This document shows, piece by piece, positions 1-8,400 of a stretch of DNA of 64,000 nucleotides. Below the pieces are notes generated by a model that was not told the origin of the DNA, searched no databases, and saw only the letters and a list, made by a program, of their open reading frames with translations. A program made the translations under genes and the position numbers. Each line of letters opens with the position of its first letter. Within the stretch, counting starts at the first letter, position 1. Origin of the DNA: an uncultured virus (IMG/VR IMGVR_UViG_3300017971_000268) (lineage: Duplodnaviria > Heunggongvirae > Uroviricota > Caudoviricetes). The stretch is taken from the IMG/VR virus record IMGVR_UViG_3300017971_000268. One strand, 5' to 3'.

Positions 1-504
1 AATGCGAGAAAAGTATTATATATTTATAATGCCTTAACAACGAGATTTTTGTATATCGCAAAAAAGAAATTTGATAAGTCAATTATTGATATACAAAACG
101 TATCTAATGATATCATACATCAAATACTCCCAGAGATTTCTGTGGATATTTATGTAGACGATTCTAAAGCTAAAAAGTTAATAATAGGGTTTAATGTAGA
201 TAATAAACCTAGAAGTTATAAGAGATTATCTGGTGGTCAACAAACGATAGTAAATATTGGTTTGCGTCTTGGTTTTTCTAAAGTTATTAAGAAAAGAGCT
301 AAAACTAATATAGGGTTTGTTGTTTTAGATGAGCCTTTTGGAGTGTTGGATGAGTATAGTAAAACTCTTGTAAGAAGGATGCTCACTTTAATGTTGGATT
401 GGTTTGAGCAAGTTATTGCTATTTCTCATGTTGATAGTATTAAGGAATTCCCTAATATAATTACTGTTAGGTTCTCTCCAGAGAAGATTAGTTATATTAA
501 TTAA
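1..504 (+). CDS. SbcC/Rad50/gp46-like ABC ATPase, C-terminal part (gene starts before window)
   Basis: Frame open from base 1; ABC signature LSGGQ, Walker B VVLDEPF, H-loop ISH. Confidence 0.9.
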   Translation, partial: NARKVLYIYNALTTRFLYIAKKKFDKSIIDIQNVSNDIIHQILPEISVDIYVDDSKAKKLIIGFNVDNKPRSYKRLSGGQQTIVNIGLRLGFSKVIKKRAKTNIGFVVLDEPFGVLDEYSKTLVRRMLTLMLDWFEQVIAISHVDSIKEFPNIITVRFSPEKISYIN

Positions 505-514
505 GTAGGTGAAG

Positions 515-673
515 ATGAAAGTTCAAAAAATGAGAGTAGTGTTTTGTCCTTTTTGCGGGCATCCACAATATGCTTTTGTTAAAGATGATGATGAAATAGG
601 GGAAGTTACTTGTGAAGATTGTAAAAAAGAATACAATCCTAAAGATTATGTAGATACTCCAGCACCCTATTAA
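515..673 (+). CDS. small zinc-ribbon protein, 52 aa (not in ORF track)
   Basis: MKVQKMRVVFCPFCGHP...VTCEDCKKEY; two CxxC motifs; RBS AGGTGA. Confidence 0.7.
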   Translation: MKVQKMRVVFCPFCGHPQYAFVKDDDEIGEVTCEDCKKEYNPKDYVDTPAPY

Positions 674-686
674 GTTTATAATTAGT

Positions 687-710
687 TAGCAAGATTTTTA
701 TGTCTTGCTA
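687..710 (+). terminator. putative intrinsic terminator
   Basis: TAGCAAGA/TCTTGCTA stem followed by T-rich tract. Confidence 0.5.
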
Positions 711-726
711 TCTTTATTTATAGGAG

Positions 727-2190
727 ATGAATATGATATTAAATAAAGTTTATGAAGAATTCGTAGAAACAACAGGATTAACAGATAGTATGTACAAAAC
801 AGTCTTTGTTCAAATAGGAGACGTTTTGAGTTTAATTAACAACGTTACTTGGATGAGTTTAGTTTATAGTATCGGAGATAGTTCTTATCCAACAGATTTT
901 ATGGGTAAAGCTCCAACACCTTTATATGTTGTGGAGATAGCCCAAAATCTTTTTGAAAAATCTTACACATTCCCAGAAAGTAGTAAAGTTGAATTGGATG
1001 TTAGATTTAAAGGAAAGTTTTTAAAAGTTACTTGCGAAGGTGATAAGGTTAATATTCCTCAAGAATTGGGGTATGTAAAACATTATTCACTATTTCCTTT
1101 TTTTCTTATTACTAAAAAAGTTTATGATATTTTTGAGGAATTTGATAGTCTGTTTTCTTTTGTAAACAGATTTAAAACAAAAGTCAAATCTATTTACGCT
1201 CCATTAGAACAGAATTTTGAAAAGACAATAGTTAAAAAGTCAATTGATAGTGGGAATGTCACAAATTCTGGAGTTGCTTCAAGATTAGGTTTAGTAGAAA
1301 ATATGAAGAAAAATAGAGATGATTTATTAAAGAGAACCGAAAAATTGAGAAATGATAGGGAAAAGCTTGTTCAAGATAAAAATAATATTTCTCAAATATT
1401 AAAAAAGAAAGAGGGTTTGTTTTTTGAAAAATCAAATCTCGATAAAGAGTACGAATTATTACAAGAAAGTTATGATAAAGATAAGAAGAAGTTTGATAAG
1501 GTGGTGGATATTCTTGCTACAATAGATTCTGAATTATTATCTCAAAATAATTCAGAAACTCCAAACAATACTGAAATAATATATCTCAAGGAGAAGAAAG
1601 ATGCTTTTACGGGAGAAAAGATAGCATTAGAGAATTCTTTAAATGATACACATTCATTAAAAGAGTCTTTATTGGTAAGAATTAATTCTCTTAAAAACGA
1701 CATTACTAACGGTGGTGATTATAATGCTACCGATGTTGGTGTTATGGAGAGTAAAATTGCAGCTGTTGATAAAGAAAGGGATGAGATATATGGTGCATTA
1801 GTTACATTGGAGAATGAGATAAAACAACAGAGTGCATCTGCCTCTAATGAAAGCAAACAAATAGAGATGAGTAAAGAGACTCCAATGCCGTCTGGAATTG
1901 ATTCTATTTCTAGAAAGAATATAGTAGAACATTTATCTAGTCCTTTACAGCCAACATCTGTTACAACTGTAATGAACTATTTAAGATATTATTTTGCGTA
2001 TCATACAACTAAAATAGCGACACAATTAAGTACTGTTCATTCTAATGTTGATCAAATAGCGTTACAATCTCTTGCTTGTAAGCTTACTTTGGTTAGACAT
2101 TTTGGAGTGTACTATAACAATGTGTTCTCTGCTGTTAATTTCGTTGATGATAGGGTAGGACACGTAACATTGGTAGATGTTAAAGCATAA
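727..2190 (+). CDS. long coiled-coil hypothetical protein
   Basis: 487 aa, K/E/L heptad-rich centre; RBS AGGAG. Confidence 0.75.
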   Translation: MNMILNKVYEEFVETTGLTDSMYKTVFVQIGDVLSLINNVTWMSLVYSIGDSSYPTDFMGKAPTPLYVVEIAQNLFEKSYTFPESSKVELDVRFKGKFLKVTCEGDKVNIPQELGYVKHYSLFPFFLITKKVYDIFEEFDSLFSFVNRFKTKVKSIYAPLEQNFEKTIVKKSIDSGNVTNSGVASRLGLVENMKKNRDDLLKRTEKLRNDREKLVQDKNNISQILKKKEGLFFEKSNLDKEYELLQESYDKDKKKFDKVVDILATIDSELLSQNNSETPNNTEIIYLKEKKDAFTGEKIALENSLNDTHSLKESLLVRINSLKNDITNGGDYNATDVGVMESKIAAVDKERDEIYGALVTLENEIKQQSASASNESKQIEMSKETPMPSGIDSISRKNIVEHLSSPLQPTSVTTVMNYLRYYFAYHTTKIATQLSTVHSNVDQIALQSLACKLTLVRHFGVYYNNVFSAVNFVDDRVGHVTLVDVKA

Positions 2191-2591
2191 TGCGTCCTTT
2201 TTTAGATTGGCTCTTTAGAAGGAAGGGTCGTGTCGCTAAAAAGTTTTTAGATGATGTAAAGATGATGAATAGTCTATCAAATGAGATTAAGACGAAGCAA
2301 GAGAGATTGGATACGCTTGAATACCATACTTTGTTAGAGAAAAAAGAAGAATTTTATTTGTCATTATCTAATTTTTTAGAATTAATGGAAATCTCTAACC
2401 TTGGTATGCAAGAAATCCTAAAGAGGTGTAAACACGTTTCAGAGCTTGATGGTAAGTCTTGTTCTGTAATAGAAATACACGCTGTTTTAGAAGATAATCA
2501 CATAGTTCTTTGTCCTGACGTTAAAGAATGTGATAAACATAAAGGTATGGATAGTGAAAAGATGAAAATAGCAATGATTAGGAGAAAATGA
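2190..2591 (+). CDS. hypothetical protein
   Basis: Translationally coupled ORF (TAATG). Confidence 0.7.
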   Translation: MRPFLDWLFRRKGRVAKKFLDDVKMMNSLSNEIKTKQERLDTLEYHTLLEKKEEFYLSLSNFLELMEISNLGMQEILKRCKHVSELDGKSCSVIEIHAVLEDNHIVLCPDVKECDKHKGMDSEKMKIAMIRRK

Positions 2592-2592
2592 A

Positions 2593-2898
2593 ATGGATAA
2601 ATTAATAGTTTATTTTTTCAGCACTATTTTTGCGATTGGTCTTGTTATTGTAACAGTTATTTGGGAAGGTTTTGCTATTTATAAATTGTGGGAGTGGTTT
2701 ATAGTTTCCACTTTTGGATTACCTGTGATATCCATTCCAATAGCAATTGGAATTAGCCTTTTTGTTAATGTAGTTAATTATAAATCCCCTTCTATTGGAG
2801 AGAGTGACAAAAAGAGTTTGAAAAAATTTGGTATAAAACAATTATCAATTGGGTTTTCATTGTTAATAGGATATGTTGTTAAGACGTACTTTATGTAA
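2593..2898 (+). CDS. membrane protein (about 3 TM)
   Basis: Hydrophobic segments; WEWFIV...FGLPVISIPIAIGI. Confidence 0.7.
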   Translation: MDKLIVYFFSTIFAIGLVIVTVIWEGFAIYKLWEWFIVSTFGLPVISIPIAIGISLFVNVVNYKSPSIGESDKKSLKKFGIKQLSIGFSLLIGYVVKTYFM

Positions 2899-2908
2899 AG
2901 GATTATAA

Positions 2909-3721
2909 ATGAATCAAGATAATCAAAACGAAATAATAATTAATTCTGACACAGGAGAACCTGAAACGTCTACTGAATTAGTTCCAGTAGAAACTCCTAC
3001 TACATCAATTCAAGAAGAAGATACCGCAACCTATGGAAGAGTTTTAAAAAGAAGTACTATATGTACTGTTTGCAATCATCCACAATATAGAGAAATAAAT
3101 CTTATGCGTGCTCGTGACCATATGCCTTTAGACGAAATATCAAGACTTATGTTGGTATCTGTGGATGCATTAAGAATACATTTTAAGAATCATTATATGA
3201 TTTCTGAATCTAATAGCAGAATTATTGCTTTAAGAGAAGACGCAAGCCCAGAAGCAAATGAGCTTGTTAGAAAAATCTTTGATAAAGAGATTGATTTATT
3301 TTCTGGTGCTCAAAGTGTTTTAGAATCTAAAGCCGAAAGGTTAAATGCGATTAGAAGTAGGATGCAACTATTAACCGATAGGCAAGAGATAGATGCGTTG
3401 GATGATATAGAGACTGCTGAATTTATTAGTTTGAATAAACTAGCAGAGGAAACAGAAAATTCTGTATTAAAAGCTTATCAAATAATCGATAAAAAGCTTT
3501 TTCCTATGAAGAAAGAGGAATTGTCCAATGCTATCCTTCAGTATAAATTAAATATTTTAAGTAAGATGCTTGACCAGATTCAAATAGTCTTTCTTGAGTT
3601 TGAGAGTAACGCACAGTTTAAACCACTAATCGATGAATTAAGGAGGGCATTAGCATCGAGATTTAATCAAATTGAAGATGAGATTCTTAAATCTGGTGGC
3701 ATTATGCAACAAAATCAATAA
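2909..3721 (+). CDS. Zn/HTH protein, possible terminase small subunit
   Basis: CTVCNHP...LRIHFKNH Zn-HTH-like motif followed by helical region. Confidence 0.45.
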   Translation: MNQDNQNEIIINSDTGEPETSTELVPVETPTTSIQEEDTATYGRVLKRSTICTVCNHPQYREINLMRARDHMPLDEISRLMLVSVDALRIHFKNHYMISESNSRIIALREDASPEANELVRKIFDKEIDLFSGAQSVLESKAERLNAIRSRMQLLTDRQEIDALDDIETAEFISLNKLAEETENSVLKAYQIIDKKLFPMKKEELSNAILQYKLNILSKMLDQIQIVFLEFESNAQFKPLIDELRRALASRFNQIEDEILKSGGIMQQNQ

Positions 3722-3724
3722 AGG

Positions 3725-4753
3725 ATGTGTGAGGTATTTATTATAATGGCTACACAAGTTACATGCAATAATTGTGGTAAGGATTTTAACGTTACACCAT
3801 CAAGATTTGAGACGAGAGATTTTTTCTTTTGTTGTAAAAAATGTGAGGGAGAATACAGAAAAGTAGAACCTAATATGAAATGTCCTATTTGTGATAAATC
3901 TTTTCATATAAAACCTTATAGAATAAAACGTTTATCAAATGGGGAAGAGGTTTGCTGTTCTAAAGAATGTTCTAATATCCATAAAATGGAAAGGATGCTT
4001 GGGGAAAATAATCATCAATATGGTTTAAAAGGTGAATTAAACTCAAGTTTTAAAAAAGATTTTAAATTTTCTAGATATGGATATTTATTGGTAAGATATG
4101 TAGATCATCCTTTTAGGGGTAAAGATGATTTTATTCTTTTTCACAGAATTATTATGGAAGAATTTTTGAAAAATAATTATCCCGATAGTCCCTATTTAGT
4201 TACAGTTGAAGGTTTTGGCGAACTTTTATTTTTGGACAAAAGCATTGTAGTTCATCACAAGAATGAAAATAAATTAGATAATAGAATTTCAAATCTTAAA
4301 TGTATGTTTAAAGGAGAACATACTAGTTATCATAATGTAATTGGTAAAAAGAAAAAAGTAGCTACAACCCCTCTTGTTAAAATGGATTTAGATGATGCTG
4401 CTCAAGATATAATGAGTAATGAGAACGTAACGATTCCTCCTAAAGATTCTAAATTAATAAAAACAAACCTTTTTATAGCAATCCCTAAAAATCATGTTGG
4501 TCTTATATGGTCGAGAAGCGGAATGTCTGTTAAAAACAAAATTGAAGTTGGTGCTGGTTGTATAGATTCGGGATATAGGGGTGAAGTTAAAGTTCATTTA
4601 TACAATTATGGAAACAATTATTTTAAAGTTAATAAGGGGGATAGGATAGCACAGTTATTAACAATACCTATTAATCCTTATGAATATGAAGAAGTAGATG
4701 ATCTAGATGAAACTAAAAGAGGTTCTGGAGGTTTTGGACATTCTGGAACATAA
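3725..4753 (+). CDS. dut: HNH endonuclease-dUTPase fusion (start probably 3746)
   Basis: N-terminal Cys clusters and VVHHKNENKLDNRISNL...H (HNH); C-terminal trimeric dUTPase motifs RSG, IDSGYRGEV, GDRIAQL, RGSGGFGHSG. Confidence 0.9.
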   Translation: MCEVFIIMATQVTCNNCGKDFNVTPSRFETRDFFFCCKKCEGEYRKVEPNMKCPICDKSFHIKPYRIKRLSNGEEVCCSKECSNIHKMERMLGENNHQYGLKGELNSSFKKDFKFSRYGYLLVRYVDHPFRGKDDFILFHRIIMEEFLKNNYPDSPYLVTVEGFGELLFLDKSIVVHHKNENKLDNRISNLKCMFKGEHTSYHNVIGKKKKVATTPLVKMDLDDAAQDIMSNENVTIPPKDSKLIKTNLFIAIPKNHVGLIWSRSGMSVKNKIEVGAGCIDSGYRGEVKVHLYNYGNNYFKVNKGDRIAQLLTIPINPYEYEEVDDLDETKRGSGGFGHSGT

Positions 4754-4781
4754 AAATAATTCTTAAAGGAGAAAAATTATT

Positions 4782-4970
4782 ATGCAACAGGTTATCACTA
4801 AAACTAAAAATTATGAAAGGGGTGTTATTGTAAATTCAGATATTATAAAAGAAAAATGCCCAGTCAATCCGAAACACCAATTAAGTACCAATATTATGGG
4901 TGAACTTGTTTGTTCTGTATGTTTTTTAACATTAAAAGATTTAAAAAAAATGATGGAGGTAGACAAGTAA
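4782..4970 (+). CDS. small Zn-binding hypothetical protein
   Basis: CPVNPKH...CSVC; RBS AGGAG. Confidence 0.6.
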   Translation: MQQVITKTKNYERGVIVNSDIIKEKCPVNPKHQLSTNIMGELVCSVCFLTLKDLKKMMEVDK

Positions 4971-5233
4971 TGTATGAGACAGATCAACATTTAAATAACA
5001 TATATGATAATTGTAATCAAATTATAGATTTTTTAGATGAAATAAATAGTTCTGAAAGGAAAGACAATATAGCATATTATACTGTTCGTGCAGCAGAATG
5101 CCTAGGAAACATTAGGAGTATTGTTTCAATGTTGTGTACAAACGTTGTAGAGAAGTCCGACAAACTAATTGCTTTGGAAAATCAATTAAATACGGCACAC
5201 GATATTCTTGATGATATTGAAATGGAGGGATGA
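4970..5233 (+). CDS. hypothetical protein
   Basis: Coupled TAATG start with GGAGG RBS. Confidence 0.6.
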   Translation: MYETDQHLNNIYDNCNQIIDFLDEINSSERKDNIAYYTVRAAECLGNIRSIVSMLCTNVVEKSDKLIALENQLNTAHDILDDIEMEG

Positions 5234-5421
5234 TTATGTGTAATAATAAAAAAGTGAAGGAAGGGGCATATGTCCCTCCTTGTAGTTTTTTCTTTTGTTT
5301 TTTGGGAGATGATAAAAGAATAAAAGAATCTGATTTAGATAAGATATGGTTGGATTCAATAAGAGATAGTATAGAATATGAAAAGGAAATAATTGAAAAT
5401 GAATTATCTACATTTTTTTAA
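5230..5421 (+). CDS. hypothetical protein
   Basis: ATGA overlap, GGAGG RBS. Confidence 0.5.
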   Translation: MIMCNNKKVKEGAYVPPCSFFFCFLGDDKRIKESDLDKIWLDSIRDSIEYEKEIIENELSTFF

Positions 5422-5434
5422 AGGAGACATATAA

Positions 5435-8400
5435 ATGAATAAGAATGTTTTCAAAACAGCATTTCAAGAGTTTATATTCGTTAGAACTTATTCTAGATGG
5501 TTAGATAAAGAAAACAGAAGAGAGACTTGGGAAGAAGCAGTAGATCGTTATTGTACATATATGAAAGAAAAGCATGGAGATAAAATATCAGATAAAGAAT
5601 ATAAGGATGTGCATGATTCCATTTTAAATATGGAAGTAATGCCATCAATGAGAGCTATGTGGGTTGCAGGGAAAGCTTTAGACATTGAAAACTTTTCTGG
5701 TTACAATTGTTTGGGAGAAGATACTGAATTTGTTACAGATAAGGGTGTCAAATCTTTCAGAGATTTTAAAGACGGTGATAAGATTGTTGTTTTAACTCAT
5801 AAAAACAATTGGAAGAAAGCTGTAGTTAAAAACTTCGGAAAGCAGAAACTAAACAAGATTACGTATGGTCTTGGAGGAAGAGGATTAGACAACATTGTCT
5901 ATGCTACAGAGGATCACAGGTGGTTTTTGAATGATTCTGAAGAAGTTGTTACAGAAATAAAAGAAAAAGATAATCTTTTAAAAAGTTGTTACAGAAAAAC
6001 TTTTGATTTTGATTCTGCAACTCCAGAAGAAAAAACATATTGGTGTTATGGTTTTGTTTATGGAGATGGGACTAAAATAAAAAGAAATGGAGAATATAAG
6101 CATAGTTTGGTAAGATTATTAGGTGATAAAAAAATATATTTAAATCGTTTTGAAGAAGTTGGTTTTAAAACGTCTGTGTCGGACAGTATAGATGGGGGTT
6201 GTTATGCTTATACTGGAGAATATTTAAAAACGTTACCTAAAATTGAAAAAGAGCCTTTGGGGAAAATAGAGGCTTTTGTAGACGGTCTTCTTTGTGCAGA
6301 TGGAGGTAGAAAATATGTAAAAGACAATTTCTATTTTTGCAACATTCAGCAATCTGGAGAGGAGGGTATTAGTTTTATAAGAAAAGCTTTTCCTATGTGT
6401 GGTTATTTTATTGTTAGAGAGGATGATTATACTGGTGAGACTACTAATTATGGAGAAAGAAATAAAACAATAAGATTTTCTTTTAACAATCCTTACGCTA
6501 CAGAGTACAATTCGTTGTATACTGTAAGAAAAATTGATGTTAGTTATAAAGAAGAGGATGTTTGGTGTCTTGTTGTTGAAGATGATAAAAGTTTTGTTTT
6601 GAAGAATGGATTAGTCACAGGAAATTGTGCTTTTACAACAATACAAAATCTAAAGGATTTTGCTGAAATACTTTATATTTTAATGAATGGTACTGGTGTT
6701 GGTTTTTCTGTAGAAAGAAAGTTTGTTAATAACCTTCCTTTAATACAGGAAGTAAATACCAACGAGGCAAAAGAAATGATAACCTTTGCAGATAGTAAAT
6801 TGGGGTGGGCTAAAGGTTATGAAAAAGTTTTGAATTGTTTATGGAACGGAATTGACTTTGAGTGTGATTACAGCAAGATTCGACCAAGGGGTTCTCGATT
6901 AAAAACATTTGGTGGACGAGCTTGTCTTACAGGCAATACTGTTGTATACAAAGATAGGAAGAAAAGTAGAGGTTGCAACGAGATTACTATTAAAGATCTT
7001 TATGATATGAAGGTTTCAGGTAAAAGAAAACATTTTTCTGAAAGCAATCAACCTGGACCATCCCATTTTAATAAGGTAAAATTGCGTTCTTTAGACGAAG
7101 AATCTGGAGTATTTTTTAGAAATCAATTAATAGATGTTGTTGACAATGGTGTTGCTCCTATATTTGAAATAGTAACTGAAAGTGGTTATAAAATCAAAGC
7201 AACTTCTAATCACAGATTTATGAAAGATACAGGAGAATGGTGTTATGTATCTGATTTTTCAAACGGAGATTTGATTGCTATTAATGGTTCTAAAGAAAAG
7301 AAGACAGGTGTTTGCATTGATTGTGGTATATTTGTTAGTAGGAGAGCTATAAGATGCAGATCTTGTGCCAATAAAAATCAACAAAAAAATGATTGTTTGC
7401 CCACAACTGTTAGACAAAGAAAAGAATGTCAAAAAGATAAAAAAGATTTTTGTGAATTGTGTAAACACAATGGTTCAGTTAGTAAACTTCAAGTTCACCA
7501 CAAAGACGGAAATCCTTATAACAATAAAAAAGAGAACAAGCAAACTTTATGTGAAAAATGCCACAGAAAAGAAGATGCTAGACGAACTACTTTTGGTAAT
7601 CCTTACTCTCATAGATATTTATCTTATGATAAAATAGTTTCTGTTGACTATGTAGGTAAAGAGCAGGTTTATGATTTGGTTATGGAGGCTCCTAACCATA
7701 ATTTCGTAGCTAACGGGTTTGTTTCACACAACAGTGGTCCAGAACCTCTTAAAAATCTTGTTGATTTCACCACAGATATAGTTGAACAAAATAGGGGTTA
7801 TAGAATTCAACCTATAGACGCACACGATATTTGCTGTAAAATAGCAGAAATTGTTGTGGTTGGAGGAACTCGCAGAAGTGCTTTGTTAAGTTTATCTGAT
7901 TTAACTGATAATCAAATGGCTCACGCTAAATCTGGAGAATTTTGGAATACAGCACCACAAAGGTCAATGTCAAATAACAGCGTTTCTTATACAAGAAAAC
8001 CTGATATGGTTTCATTTTTGGATGAATGGAAAAATCTTTATAAGTCAAAGAGTGGGGAACGAGGGTTTTTTAATAGAGTTGCTACTCAAAAAAAAGCTAG
8101 TGAGAATGATAGGAGAGATGGTTCTAAAGTTATTGGAACTAATCCTTCATTGAGAAAAGGAACAAAAATAATAACAACGGATGGTCTTTTAAACATAGAA
8201 GATTTAGAAGGTAAAGAATTTGATATTATTAATCTTAATGGAAAAGTGAGTAAAGCTAAATGTTGGTTATCTGGTAAAAGCAAAAAATTATACCGAGTTA
8301 AATTTGTTGGAGGACACGAATATTATTGTACTGCTGAACACAAGTGGCCTGTTTATGAAGATGGTGAATATTTTAAAAAAGAAACCACAGAAATTTTTTC

